The position numbers and the translations under genes are program-made. This document shows, piece by piece, positions 1 through 11,100 of a stretch of DNA of 64,000 bases (the first letter of the stretch is position 1; every line of letters starts with the position of its first letter). The DNA lies in the NCBI GenBank assembly GCA_965223345.1, contig CBDCWG010000012.1:256001-320000 (forward strand), read 5' to 3'. This DNA comes from Nitrospinales bacterium (GTDB lineage Bacteria; Nitrospinota; Nitrospinia; Nitrospinales; VA-1). The notes beneath the pieces were generated by a model. That model saw nothing but the letters and a program-made list of their open reading frames with translations. It did no database searches and was not told the DNA's origin.

Positions 1-240
1 GGTGGAACCGACGAACACGGTGTCCTCGGGAGCCGGAAGGCTCGCCAGGATGTAGCGGAACGCGATGGACTCCGGGCAGCCGGCGCACAGGGAATGCTGT
101 TCGATCAGCTCTTTGGAGCTGCCGATGTCCTTCCAGCCGCGGCCCTCTTTGCCGTAAGTGGCGGTCTCCACCAGCTCCTGGTACTCCGGCGGCATGATGT
201 CCGCCAGGTCCTCGCTAATGTTGATTTTTTCCTTACTCAT
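1..240 (-). CDS. forB: 2-oxoacid:ferredoxin oxidoreductase beta subunit, N-terminal part (runs off window)
   Basis: Manual translation MSKEKINISEDLADIMPPEYQELV...EQHSLCAGCPESIAFRYILAS...FVGST; has the CxGC motif of TPP-binding beta subunits; directly downstream of the alpha gene. Confidence 0.85.
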   Translation of the reverse strand, partial: MSKEKINISEDLADIMPPEYQELVETATYGKEGRGWKDIGSSKELIEQHSLCAGCPESIAFRYILASLPAPEDTVFVGST

Positions 241-313
241 GGTTTCCCTCTATCGGTGATTTCCCAACCGGGAAATGTTTGTAATGATTTCAAATCAAAT
301 CGGCTCCTGTGGC

Positions 314-1561
314 CTAGCTGCCGCGGCTCGCCAAAGTTGCGGTCTGCATTCCCAGGTGTTTTTTGATCTCTTCCACGATCACTTCGGAAGGCAGGGTCAT
401 GCCGCCGGCAACATGCGGGCCGCAGACGACGCGATCGTTGTCCGGAAGAATCGCTTTGATCTCGCGGGCCAGCCAGCCGGCCATGTTGAACTCGGGAACG
501 AAGATGTGTTTGGCGTTTTTCAAAGCCTCGCGCAGTTCCTGATGCGGGAACGGGCGGATGGTTTTGATTTTCACCAGACCCACTTTGATGCCTTCTTCTT
601 CCAGCAAGCGGATCGCTTCGCGTCCCTGCGACACAGCGGTGCCGGAGGAAACGATGAGAATTTCCCGATCGATGTTGTGCGTGTCGATCAGGCCATCCAG
701 AAGCAGCTCGGTGTGCTTTCTGGAACGCTCGACGGCGGCGCGGACTTCCTGCTGCCAGGAAGCGTGGGTGGCGAAGCTGATGTAATTGGATTTCATGACG
801 AACGGATCCCGCATCATGCGGACCGGAGGACATTCCATGTCCATGCAGGGAACCGGGGATTTGTACGGATCGTAAGGCGTCAGCGTCATGTCTTCAGGCG
901 TCAGCTCGACGGTGTCTTTCGTGTGGGTCACGAAGAAACCGTCGCAACAGGTGGCGATGGGCAGATGCACATCGGGCTGCTCGGCGACGATGAACCCTTT
1001 AAGAATGAAATCGAACAGGTCCTGCGCGGTCTCGGCGTGCCAAACGAGCATGCCGGTTTCGAGCAGATAATGCAGCTCCAGCGTGTCGGGCTGGATGCTG
1101 AGCGGCGAGTTGATGCCCCGCATGGTCACGCACACCTGAATCGGCAGCCTGGAGCCCGCCCACATGGGGAAGTTTTCCATGGCGCGCAGGGTGCCCGGCC
1201 CGGCGGTGGTGGTGAACACGCGGTGTCCCCCGAACGAAGCGCCGGCGCATTGCCCCATGACGGCGAATTCGCTCTCGCCGCGGAAATAATCTTCCAGATA
1301 TCCCTCGGCGTACAGCTCACCGATGAGAGCCGCGGCTTCACTCTGAGGCGTGATCGGGTAAGCAACGGAGGTGCCCACACTGGCGCGCTTGATGGCATCG
1401 CGGATCACTTCACTGCCGGTCAGAAAACTCGGAGTGCGTTCGGCTTTGTAGAACATTTCGTTGACGTCGGTGTAGGTCTGGCCTTTCTTGTTCTTGGTGC
1501 CCAGCGCAACGTGCTGCGATCGTATAATTCTGTCTTTAGGAACCTCAACCTCTTTATTCAT
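314..1561 (-). CDS. forA: 2-oxoacid (probably 2-oxoglutarate):ferredoxin oxidoreductase alpha subunit, five-subunit type
   Basis: AYPITPQSE, ESEFAVM and TTTAGPGTLRAMENFPMWAG motifs; the For versus Por call rests on recalled similarity. Confidence 0.85.
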   Translation of the reverse strand: MNKEVEVPKDRIIRSQHVALGTKNKKGQTYTDVNEMFYKAERTPSFLTGSEVIRDAIKRASVGTSVAYPITPQSEAAALIGELYAEGYLEDYFRGESEFAVMGQCAGASFGGHRVFTTTAGPGTLRAMENFPMWAGSRLPIQVCVTMRGINSPLSIQPDTLELHYLLETGMLVWHAETAQDLFDFILKGFIVAEQPDVHLPIATCCDGFFVTHTKDTVELTPEDMTLTPYDPYKSPVPCMDMECPPVRMMRDPFVMKSNYISFATHASWQQEVRAAVERSRKHTELLLDGLIDTHNIDREILIVSSGTAVSQGREAIRLLEEEGIKVGLVKIKTIRPFPHQELREALKNAKHIFVPEFNMAGWLAREIKAILPDNDRVVCGPHVAGGMTLPSEVIVEEIKKHLGMQTATLASRGS

Positions 1562-1640
1562 AAAATCACTCCCTCAGAAATGACGCTTAAAATGGTGTAT
1601 CGATGATCTCATAACCAACAAAAGTTCATGTATTCGAATC

Positions 1641-2273
1641 CTAGGCAACCACCCCGGTGCGGTCCATCTTGAGCTGGGTGAAAGCCTCGGCTTCGCTTTT
1701 CACGCCTTCTTTCTTCAACCTTTTGACCGTCTCCGTCAGCTTCACGATCTTTTCCACGGTGGCATCGCGGAACGACATGCAGGCATCTTCGTGCCCCGCC
1801 TGGGCGCACATGGCGATGGTGTAGCAATCGGTGCCGCCGCGAATGATCTTGAGTGCGAGGTTGGCCTGGTGACAGTGCACACCGACAAACATGCAGACGT
1901 CGATTTTGTTGTGCCAAATGGTCAGGTTGGGATGGTTGGGGTTGATTTCAATCTCGGGATAGATTTTCGGATATTTGGGCCGGTAGTCGGCCATTGCGAT
2001 CAATCTTGCGGGAAGCGCGTTCGCGAGTTCGCGAATGACTTTGGCTTTTTGAGCCGCCTTTTCGTTCCATTTCCAAAGGACCAGAGGTCCGGGGAAAATG
2101 GTGGGCACTTTGGCCCCTAACAGTTTCCGCGCTGCAAACTCAAGCCCTTCCTCTTCCGGGGCGATCCTCCCCTCTATATGACATTCTCCGGGATCCGGTA
2201 ACACAACCCCCATGCATGCTGCCGCAGGAGGTAAAAAAGCCTCCGGCCCCGCTTTGACCTGATATTGGCTCAT
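1641..2273 (-). CDS. forD: 2-oxoacid:ferredoxin oxidoreductase delta subunit
   Basis: GPEAFLPPAAACMG, PTIFPGPLVLW and EINPNHPNLTIWHNKID; first gene in D-A-B order. Confidence 0.8.
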   Translation of the reverse strand: MSQYQVKAGPEAFLPPAAACMGVVLPDPGECHIEGRIAPEEEGLEFAARKLLGAKVPTIFPGPLVLWKWNEKAAQKAKVIRELANALPARLIAMADYRPKYPKIYPEIEINPNHPNLTIWHNKIDVCMFVGVHCHQANLALKIIRGGTDCYTIAMCAQAGHEDACMSFRDATVEKIVKLTETVKRLKKEGVKSEAEAFTQLKMDRTGVVA

Positions 2274-2314
2274 TCTTGTTAACCCTTTTCGAATTTGAAA
2301 GTTGAAAGTGTGTA

Positions 2315-2344
2315 AATATAAACCACTAATTGCAAGGTTGTCAA
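2315..2344 (-). promoter_or_regulatory. sigma70-type promoter of the for operon
   Basis: TTGACA-N18-TATATT on the minus strand, about 40 nt upstream of the forD ATG. Confidence 0.6.
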
Positions 2345-2718
2345 ACCTTTTCCCTGATTACGGCCGGGGCCTTTGCGGCACGTTGGTACGGAAATATTAT
2401 ACTGTTTCAAAAGCCCCCGGACCAAACAAATTACCCGTTTTCCAGGCCACCCGATCGCGGTATTTTCACCGTTTTTTTCGACCCCGTGCGTTTGCTTTTC
2501 CGGGCACAAAACAGCGGGACCGCAAAAGCGTTGATCGGATGCGGATTGAACCGTTTTCCGCATGCCGGGGCTATCCCCCCGACGATACACAACCGGCGAA
2601 ATTCTCAGGGGCCGGGTCGAACCGGGGACGGCTCAGACATCATTTGTGCACCCCGTTCCGCATCAAAACGATAGGAACGGAGCCCGAGAGCCTGCCATTC
2701 CCGGTGATTTCCCGAAAT

Positions 2719-3246
2719 TCAGGCATTCTGGGCGATCAGGGTCTGTTTCAAGGCTTCCAGCGAAGCGAGGTGCTTGTGCTCTTCAGCCAGAAGATGCGAA
2801 AAGATCACCCGCACGTCGATCTTCTTTTCATTCTGCAGCAGTTTGTCCAGCACTTCGATGGAGCGCTTTTCCGATGCGATTCCCACTTCCAGCGCTTCGA
2901 GGTCGCTGGTGAACTCGGGAAACTCGGCAGAATCGGGATCGTCCAGATCCGGGAACACCCTGCCCTGCACCAGCTCGGCGATCATCTGCTCCACCTGCTT
3001 GCGGCTGGCGGCTTTGGTTTTGAGAGCCGGCTGCAGAAACCCCGCCTTGTTCTGCAAAGACTGGATGTGTTCTTTCTCTTCCTCGGCAAGCCGTTGAAAG
3101 ATCGCCTGAACTTTCGGGTCCTTGACTTTCTTCGCGGACTTTTCGTAATACACCAGTCCCTGTTTTTCGATACACAGGCTCACTTCGATCGCGTCGATGC
3201 AATGAAAACGCAGCGGAGGGATTTCCTTGGAATCGTTTTCTTTCAT
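2719..3246 (-). CDS. Rubrerythrin/ferritin-like family protein
   Basis: Two E...ExxH di-iron half-sites (IEKQG..EEKEH; SEKRS..EEHKH); start taken at MKEND. Confidence 0.8.
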   Translation of the reverse strand: MKENDSKEIPPLRFHCIDAIEVSLCIEKQGLVYYEKSAKKVKDPKVQAIFQRLAEEEKEHIQSLQNKAGFLQPALKTKAASRKQVEQMIAELVQGRVFPDLDDPDSAEFPEFTSDLEALEVGIASEKRSIEVLDKLLQNEKKIDVRVIFSHLLAEEHKHLASLEALKQTLIAQNA

Positions 3247-3544
3247 GGCCGGCCTTTTTGAGAGATCGATCCGCGCCTGTCTGCTTCTTCCGGTTCCCCT
3301 GTTGGACTCGCAAATGGAGGAAAAAGATTCAAACAAGCACCATTTATTTTAATAAATTATGCTAAGATAATCCGCGTCCCCGGATGGGGTGACGGATATT
3401 CAACTCCGGGTTTCCCGTTTCGGAGCCCGCGCCCCCAATCTCCTGTTAACCCAATTTTTCAACAAACTAGGCGCTTAGAGCCGGGGAAACCCGTTGTTTC
3501 GCAGCGGTGAACTTTCTCAAAGTAGCCGGATTATAGTCAAGACG

Positions 3545-3976
3545 ATGAAAAAAGTGCAAATTTTTACGGACGGCTGCTGCAAAGGCAATCCCGGTCCCGG
3601 CGGCTGGGGCTGCATCATCCGCTACAACGGCACCACCAAGGAACTCAAAGGCGCCAAAAAACAGACGACGAACAACGTGATGGAGCTCACGGCGGCGATC
3701 GAGGCCTTGCAACACCTCAAGGAACCGTGCCAGGTGGAGCTGACCACGGACTCGCAGTATCTGTTGAAGGGAATGACCGAATGGATCGACGGCTGGGTGC
3801 GCAAGGATTGGGTCAACGCTTCGCGCCAGCCGGTCAAGAACAAGGATCTCTGGCTCAAGCTGCTGGAGCTCAGCAAAACCCATAAAATCAAGTGGAAATG
3901 GGTACGCGGCCACACCGGCCATCCTGAAAACGAACGTGCCGACGCTTTGGCCAACGAGGCCATGGCTTACCTTTAA
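3545..3976 (+). CDS. rnhA: Ribonuclease HI
   Basis: [44 protein letters not shown]. Confidence 0.97.
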   Translation: MKKVQIFTDGCCKGNPGPGGWGCIIRYNGTTKELKGAKKQTTNNVMELTAAIEALQHLKEPCQVELTTDSQYLLKGMTEWIDGWVRKDWVNASRQPVKNKDLWLKLLELSKTHKIKWKWVRGHTGHPENERADALANEAMAYL

Positions 3977-3997
3977 CAACCGGACCGCTCTTTTTTT

Positions 3998-5200
3998 ATG
4001 CCGACGCCCCCTCTCTGTCCAGAAGCGACCTCGCCTTTGCACGGTTTCTGTGCCCGCATCCGGTGTGTAATAACGGCGATCGTTCTGGTGTTGTTGCTGC
4101 TGGGAGTCGCACCGCATCCGCTTGTCGCCAGCTCGACGTTGCCGCCGGTGCTCGGCGACGATCTCGATTACGATTCGCTGAAAAAAACCATAGAAAACCA
4201 GCTCGCGGTGATGCAGGAGGTCGATCCTGAGCGCAAGCTGCGCCTGGGAAACCGCCGGGTGACGCACGGCTTTCTGGTGCACACGCTGCGATCGTTCCTG
4301 AAACTCGTCGAGCAGAACCTGCCTCCCTCGAAATTTCAAAGACGGGTCGCCGAACAGTTCGAGTTCTACAAGGTGGGGGACGGAAAAAACAAACGCTTCC
4401 TCTATACGGGTTACTACACACCGGTGATCCGGGCGAGCCTCAAACCTTCGAAAATCTACCGCTACCCGCTGTACCGGCTGCCGGACGATGCGGTGGTGGA
4501 CATTCGCCGGATCTCGCTCTCGCAAAACAAGACGAATCCCGCGAATCGGCAAACCCTTCCCTGGCGTGACCTGACCCGCAGGCAGATCGACCGGGACGGG
4601 GTGCTGAAAAACAAAAACCTCGAGATCGCCTGGCTGAAAGACGACCTGGAACGGTTTTTCCTGCACATTCAGGGATCGGGACGGCTTTTGTTTCCGGATG
4701 GCACCACGCAGGGCGTGCGGTTTGCGGGCGCCAACAATCATCGCTACAAGGGAATCGGCAAGCTGATGATGAAAGACGGGCTTCTGGGACGCAACGAGCG
4801 GTCCATGCAGGGGATCAAACGCTATCTCAAAAAAAACCCGGCGGCGATTCCGAAATATTTTTTCCAGAACAAGCGCTACATCTTCTTCTCGTTCACAGAC
4901 GCGAAACCGCGCGGCTCCGGCGGCGGGGAACTGGTGGCGGGCCGCTCGCTGGCGACGGACAAATCGCTGTATCCCGCCGGCGCGCTGGCGTTCATCCGCA
5001 CGCGCAAGCCCATCCTCAATGCAAACAACCGGATCCTGCGCTGGCAGTGGACGTCGCGCTACGTGGTCGATCAGGACACGGGCAGCGACATCAAGGGCCC
5101 CGGCCGCGGGGACATCTATTTCGGCACGGGCGTGCGCCCGGGGGTGATCGCGGGGAATTTCAAGGAAAGAGGCGAGCTGTACTACCTTTTCAAGAAGTGA
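3998..5200 (+). CDS. mltA: Membrane-bound lytic murein transglycosylase A
   Basis: TGYYTP, FFLHIQGSG, QDTGSDIKGPGRGDIYFG (3D domain). Confidence 0.92.
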   Translation: MPTPPLCPEATSPLHGFCARIRCVITAIVLVLLLLGVAPHPLVASSTLPPVLGDDLDYDSLKKTIENQLAVMQEVDPERKLRLGNRRVTHGFLVHTLRSFLKLVEQNLPPSKFQRRVAEQFEFYKVGDGKNKRFLYTGYYTPVIRASLKPSKIYRYPLYRLPDDAVVDIRRISLSQNKTNPANRQTLPWRDLTRRQIDRDGVLKNKNLEIAWLKDDLERFFLHIQGSGRLLFPDGTTQGVRFAGANNHRYKGIGKLMMKDGLLGRNERSMQGIKRYLKKNPAAIPKYFFQNKRYIFFSFTDAKPRGSGGGELVAGRSLATDKSLYPAGALAFIRTRKPILNANNRILRWQWTSRYVVDQDTGSDIKGPGRGDIYFGTGVRPGVIAGNFKERGELYYLFKK

Positions 5201-5746
5201 TCACTGCGCTTCGCTGTAAAGCGAGACCAGCCGCCGGTCGATGAAATCGAAGCGTTCGTCGCGCACGTGAAACTGCTCCTTGTTGAGGTCTCCGTGCACG
5301 GCGGAATAATCGAGGTTGGCGGGATTGCGCTTGATCATGCAGGCGAAGGTGACGCTCTCGGGTTTTTCCTCGATCTCGAGATAATCCACCGCGCGCATGA
5401 ACGTGGATCCGGTGGTGACGATGTCGTCCACGATCAGCCAGTGCGTGTCGGGGGAACGCGCGGGCGTGACCAGCTGCTCCAGGTCGATGCGTTTTTTCGG
5501 CATGATCTGAAACGGCAGGTTCATGAGCCTGGATAGCTGATAGCCGATGCGGATCCCTTCGGTCTCCGCCCCGACCACCACGTCCAGCTTGCCGTGTTGT
5601 TGTTCCCATTGATTCAGCTTGTGCAGCAGCATTTCGCAGTAGGCGGCGTTCATGCTGTCGGACACGGACGCGTAGTCGTAGTCGTAGCTGGATTTGACCC
5701 CGGTGTCCAGGGTGAACTGGCCGCGCTTGATGATTCGTGAAAACAT
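5201..5746 (-). CDS. Type I phosphoribosyltransferase (orotate PRTase-like)
   Basis: PRPP loop LIVDDIVTTGST; N-terminal GQFTLDTGVKSSYDYD. Confidence 0.75.
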   Translation of the reverse strand: MFSRIIKRGQFTLDTGVKSSYDYDYASVSDSMNAAYCEMLLHKLNQWEQQHGKLDVVVGAETEGIRIGYQLSRLMNLPFQIMPKKRIDLEQLVTPARSPDTHWLIVDDIVTTGSTFMRAVDYLEIEEKPESVTFACMIKRNPANLDYSAVHGDLNKEQFHVRDERFDFIDRRLVSLYSEAQ

Positions 5747-5832
5747 CGAAACTCCCTCTCCTCTCCGCAAAATCGCAAAAACAACCCATCCCGCAACGCG
5801 CCTGATTGAGACCCCTGAGATGAGGGTTTTAT

Positions 5833-6501
5833 TCAGGTCGGCTCGGGCCAGCCGTATTTTCCGACCAGCGGCACGAATTTGCAACCCCCGATTTCCCGGG
5901 TGGTGATCTTGCCGTTTTCCTTGATCAGCAGCTTGAGGGACTGTTTTTCCAGGCCGCCCACCGGAACCACCAGGCGGCCGTTGTCGCCGAGCTGGCCGAT
6001 CAGCATTTCGGGGATGGACGGCGTCGAGGCGGTGATGAGGATGGCGTCGAAGGGGGCCTGGTCCGGCCAGCCGTAGGTGCCGTCGAACACCTTGAACACG
6101 ATGTTGTTGATGTAATTGAGCTGTTCGAGCAGGATGCGGGCTTTCTGCGCGAGGCTGCGGATGCGCTCGATGGTGAACACCTGGCCGCAGAGTTCGGCAA
6201 GCAAGGCCGTCTGGTAGCCGGAACCGGTGCCGATTTCCAGCACCTTGTCGGTCTCCTTGAGATTGAGCGCTTCGGTCATCGCCGCCACCACATAGGGCTG
6301 GGAGATGGTCTGGTTTTCTCCGATGGGCAGCGGGCAGTCGCCGTAGGCCCGGTGCTGCAGCGGTTCGTGCACGAACAGATGCCGGGGGATGCGGTTCATC
6401 GCTTCCATGATGCGAAGATCGGTGACGCCCCGGTTGACGAGCTGCTCTTCCACCATCTTGCGTCTTTGTCCCTCGTACAACCGTGTTTCCAGCATGGTCA
6501 T
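5833..6501 (-). CDS. pcm: Protein-L-isoaspartate O-methyltransferase
   Basis: QTISQPY, VLEIGTGSGYQTA, GWPDQAPFDAI, FVPLVG. Confidence 0.95.
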   Translation of the reverse strand: MTMLETRLYEGQRRKMVEEQLVNRGVTDLRIMEAMNRIPRHLFVHEPLQHRAYGDCPLPIGENQTISQPYVVAAMTEALNLKETDKVLEIGTGSGYQTALLAELCGQVFTIERIRSLAQKARILLEQLNYINNIVFKVFDGTYGWPDQAPFDAILITASTPSIPEMLIGQLGDNGRLVVPVGGLEKQSLKLLIKENGKITTREIGGCKFVPLVGKYGWPEPT

Positions 6502-6695
6502 CCTGTCCTTGTCATTTTTTCGGGTTCGGCGCTCGGGCGCAATACGGCTGTCAAATGCGATCGCCGCGGTTCACTGTTGCGCCATTGGAAACGTTTTTTA
6601 TCGTGGAGCATGGTGCCACTCGGGATGGGTGTGCTGACAGGAACCGGTCAAAAGACCGTTCCGGTGAGGATCGGGAGGATCACCGGCGGGGTCCG

Positions 6696-7013
6696 TCAGT
6701 TCAGGGGGGTCATTCTGTCGGAATCGGACCGCTTTGATGGAATCATGGAAAACGAATTGACTCCAAAATCAGAACTCGGCAAGGATTCCAGCTTTTTCGG
6801 GTTCTGGTAAAAGATCAGGTCCCAGCGGTCGTCCCACTCGTCGTACTTGAGCAGGTAGATGTTGTCGTCATCGGCGCGCACTTTGAAGTAACTGGCCTCT
6901 TCACCGTACCAACGGTCGATGATGTCGTTCACAACGTAACGCCGGTCCATGAGGCTGAAGGCGATGGGCCTCTCGTTTAGCTTATAGCCTGAAAAGCATT
7001 CCACCTTAAGCAT
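6696..7013 (-). CDS. Small conserved hypothetical protein (DUF6504-like)
   Basis: P..F....Y.V..I.DRWYG...YFKV...D..Y.L....W pattern. Confidence 0.65.
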   Translation of the reverse strand: MLKVECFSGYKLNERPIAFSLMDRRYVVNDIIDRWYGEEASYFKVRADDDNIYLLKYDEWDDRWDLIFYQNPKKLESLPSSDFGVNSFSMIPSKRSDSDRMTPLN

Positions 7014-7220
7014 AAGTGTATGTTATGACGAACCCTTGAAAAAGTAAACTATTTTTTGACTCGTTGAAATGGATGCCTTTATAATTTTTAGTTCCACTTC
7101 GTCTTCACTTTGACCGAGTCGATTGTTTGTGCAAGTACGGGCAACTCGTGCGCGGAACCGGGTTCCTGACGACGATTTCCGCAACTCAACGCAACCTCCA
7201 CCCTGGATTTTAAAGCGAGC

Positions 7221-8081
7221 ATGCTGCAACCGGAAAACAGCCGCATCGAGGCCCATCTCCAGTCTTTGATCGGGGAGCGCAACCCGCTCAGCACCCCGCA
7301 AACACTGGCTGAGGCGGCCCGCACCGTTTTCCGGCATTTCGACTCTCTGGGCCTCGATGTGCGCGAAGAGTTCGTGCCGTTCGAGGGCGGCGATTCGTGC
7401 AATGTGCTCGGTCTGAAGGCGGGCACCGGCGCCGAATCCCCTCCGTTTATTTTAGCTGCCCATTTTGACACGGTTGAGAAAAGTCCCGGCGCCGACGACA
7501 ACGCCAGCGCGGTGGCGGCGCTGTTGGAGACCGCGTATTGCCTCAAAGAGGTTCCACTGCGTTCGCCTTTGCTGTTCGCGGGTTTCACGCTGGAAGAATA
7601 CGGCTTCGTCGGCAGTTCGCATTTTCTGTCGCAGGCCACTCAACACGGCGAGACGTTTCCCGGCATGATCTCTCTGGAAATGGTGGGCTACCGCGACCGC
7701 AGCCCCGGTTCGCAGACCTACCCGCCCTACATCAACCCTTCGCAGTATCCCGACACTGGGGATTTTATCGCCGTGGTGGGCAACGAACCTTCGGCGACCC
7801 TCACGCATGCCATTGCGGACGGCATGCAGCGTTCCTGCAAAGACCTCAAGGTCGAACGGCTGGTGGTGCCGGGGCGCGGCGACCGGTTCCGCGAGGTGAC
7901 GCTCAGCGACCACTCGCCTTTCTGGGAAAACGGAACCCCGGCGGTGATGGTGACGGACACGGCTTTTTTAAGAAACCCCCATTATCATCAGCCAACTGAT
8001 ACAATAGAAACCCTGGACGTTGATTTTATTCGAGAAACAACTCAGGGAATCCTGGGATTCCTGGTGCAGCACCTTGGCTGA
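7221..8081 (+). CDS. M28 family metallopeptidase
   Basis: AHFDT, PGADDNASAVA, EE, LEMVG, SDHSPF, YHQPTD zinc-ligand motifs. Confidence 0.9.
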   Translation: MLQPENSRIEAHLQSLIGERNPLSTPQTLAEAARTVFRHFDSLGLDVREEFVPFEGGDSCNVLGLKAGTGAESPPFILAAHFDTVEKSPGADDNASAVAALLETAYCLKEVPLRSPLLFAGFTLEEYGFVGSSHFLSQATQHGETFPGMISLEMVGYRDRSPGSQTYPPYINPSQYPDTGDFIAVVGNEPSATLTHAIADGMQRSCKDLKVERLVVPGRGDRFREVTLSDHSPFWENGTPAVMVTDTAFLRNPHYHQPTDTIETLDVDFIRETTQGILGFLVQHLG

Positions 8082-8115
8082 AAACCGGTCCGAACCGTAT
8101 TAAGGTTTCTATGCG

Positions 8116-11100
8116 ATGAAATCCAACAAAGTCCGCAAGGAGATCCTGGAAGAAATCGCCGCCCTCGAAGCGGAAACGGCCGCAAACGATCCCGCGCCCG
8201 AGGAACCGCCTCCCGCACCGGCGAAGAAAAAATCGTTTCTTGGGCGTCTGGTGCGTTTCTTCCTGTGGACGTTCCTGGTGCTGGTGCTGCTTCTCGTGGC
8301 AGGCGGCATCGCGCTCAGCTATTTTTTTCCCTCCGAAAAAATCCGCCCGATCGCCGAAGAGGAACTCACGAAAATCCTGCGCATGCCGGTGTCGATCGAG
8401 TCGGTGGACCTCAGCCTGCTGAGCGGGCTGAACGTGCAGGGGCTGGTGCTCGGTGAAGACAAGCCGCTGTTCACACTCGACGCATTGATCCTCGATTACG
8501 ATCTCACCCAGCTTCTGCAGGGCCGCCTGATCATCAATCAGGTGATGGTGGACCGGCCGGACATCTATCTCGAATCGGTGGACGGCGTGTGGAACTTCCA
8601 GCCGATCCTCGAAGGCAAAGACGCGGCCCCCGAGCCCGAGAAACCGAGCGAGCCGGGTGAAATCACCGTGCTGCCGGTCGGTGTCGATCTCAAACAGTTT
8701 CTGATCCGCAACGTCCGCCTCGTCGTGAACCAGGACGGCCACACGCAGGCCCGCATCGAGGGGCTCAACGTCGAAGCGCAGGGCAAGGTCACCGAGGCGG
8801 AAGTGGATGTGAACGTGCGGCTGCACCTCGGCGCCGCGCCGGGAGCGGGTTCGCAACCGAACCTTGTGGTCACTTCCACGCAGGAGCCGGGTATCGACGT
8901 GAAGACGCTGGCGCAAACCGATCTGAGATTGACGGCGAACGATCTCAACCGGCTGAATCTGAAAGGCAGCTTCGGCCTGGCGGACAGCGCCGTCAAGGTG
9001 GGCGAGGTGCTGCCGGCTCCCGATTTCAACGGTAACATCGAACTCAGCGTCGATCACAAAGCGCAGACGCTGTCGCTCCCCAGTCTCAACCTCGCCATCG
9101 CCGAGCGCAACCGCATCCGCCTTTCCGCGCACGCGGAAAAGATCCTCACCGGCCCGGATTTTTCGCTGACGCTCAAACAGTTTCTCCTGCATCTCGAGGA
9201 TGCGATCGCCTGGGCGGGAAACAAGATCCCGCCGGTGGAGGCCACGGGCACGCTGAAAGTGACCGGGCTGAAAGCGATGGGCATGCTGCCGGATTTCAAA
9301 CCGGATACGCTGATGGTCCAGGGCGGCACGGTCGAGCTCGACGGGGTCGCGGCGAAACACGCACCGGCCAAGGCGGAAGTGGCCGGCCTCGACGCGCAGA
9401 TCCGCATCGGCAACGCGCTGGTCAAGCAGGGCGTCCCGCAAAGCGCCGCCGCCGACGTGTCCATTCAGATGCAGCGCGCGCAGCTTCCGGACTATCGCAT
9501 CGAGGGACTGAAAAACACGCTGACGCTGGAAGCGAAAGGCGCGAACCTGCCGCAGGCGAGTTTCACCCTCGACCTGTCGGCCGATGCGGTCACCGCGTCG
9601 CCGCCGGATGTGGGAACCGTGAAAACGCCGCTTGCGGTCAAAGGATCGGGGGCGGGAAACATCCAGGCGGGCAACCTCGATGCGCTGACGCTCGCCTATT
9701 CGGCGGGAACGGCGGTGAACGGCACGGTCTCGGGACAGGTGCAGGATTTCGGCAAGCGCTCCTTTTCCGTGCAGAAAAATCTCGACCTCGATCTGAAAGC
9801 CGTGCGCGCCCTGCTCCCGCAAACCCTGCTGAAAAAGATCGGCGGCACGGTTTCCGGTGGCGGGATCGCGATCGCCTCGGATCTGAAAGGCAAACTCGAT
9901 GCCGAGTTTCAACCGGTCGCAGTGAAAGGCCGCGCCGATGTCAACCTCAAGGGGGTGGACGCCGCCTGGAACGAACCGCAAGCCAGCGCCAAAGGGCTGT
10001 GGGCGAACGTGGCACTGCCGATCGAGTTCGACAACAAGCGCGGCGTGAAGATCCCGGACCTGAAGCTGCAGTCCAAGTTCGAGCGGGTGCAGGCGCTCGG
10101 CAACTGGACGGTGGGGCCTGCGGAGATCAACACCGATGTTGCGATGCAGGGGCATTACCATCTCGAAAAACCCAAAGGCAAACTGCCGCTCAGCAACCAA
10201 AGCCGGATCCGCATCGGAAAGATTGAATCCCGGGAACCGCAACTTTCCGTCACCGGGTTGAGCGTGGACACGACGTTCAAAGGCGACGTGTACGGCAAGG
10301 ACGTGAAAAACGCTGCGGTGAAGGGCACGGTCGGCATCGAGGATGTGGCGGGATTGAAACAAATCAAAACCGGCAAGATCGGCACGGCGTTTTCGGCGAG
10401 CGTCAACGATCTTTCACTCACAAAGACCCAGGCTACCGTCCGGGTCACGGTGGACGCACCCACCGGGAAAACCGTGGAAGGGCAGGTTCCTCTGGGGCCG
10501 CTGACGTTTGAGAGCGACACGCGGCAGAACCTGAAACAGGGCGATGTGAACATCAAAAAGCTCGTCCTCAACGCACCGGCGCTGGTGGACCTCGACGTTG
10601 AGGGCACGGTCAAAAACTGGGGCCAGAAATTCGACGTGCGTTCCAAAGTCCAGCAGGCGCATCTGAAGGCTCTATTGGAAAAAGTGCCGCAGCAATTCCT
10701 CAAAGGGTTTGAAGACGTGCGCGTCGAGGGCACCGCGAGTTTGGGATTGAACGCGAAAGGCGAGCTGCCGGAATCCTTCAAACTGGCGCCCGAGGGGCTG
10801 CCGGTGACGGCGAAGCTCGCGCTGGGGCTCGCCGATGCGGGCGTCTCCTGGCCGAGTCGCGGGCTCACAGTGGAAAACCTCGTCGTGGTCACCGATGTGG
10901 ATTTTCATAACGGCGACGGCGACGTTTCCGGCACGCTTTCCGCGGACAAGGTGTTTTACAAGGATGCGCTGGGCGCCAGTCACCTGAATCCCAGGTTCGA
11001 CTTCAAGTACGCGCTGCAGGATTTCAACAAGTTCACCATCGATGAGCACACGTTTTCCATCCCCAATCACGGCATCCGGCACACGTTCTCCGGCCGGGTG

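Noticed and set aside
275..1606. Long antisense ORFs (also 8026-10362, 13449-15794, 17206-19269, 21654-23207, 45253-46809, 61663-62868)
   Set aside because: Antisense shadows of well-supported genes in high-GC, codon-biased DNA; no motifs of their own
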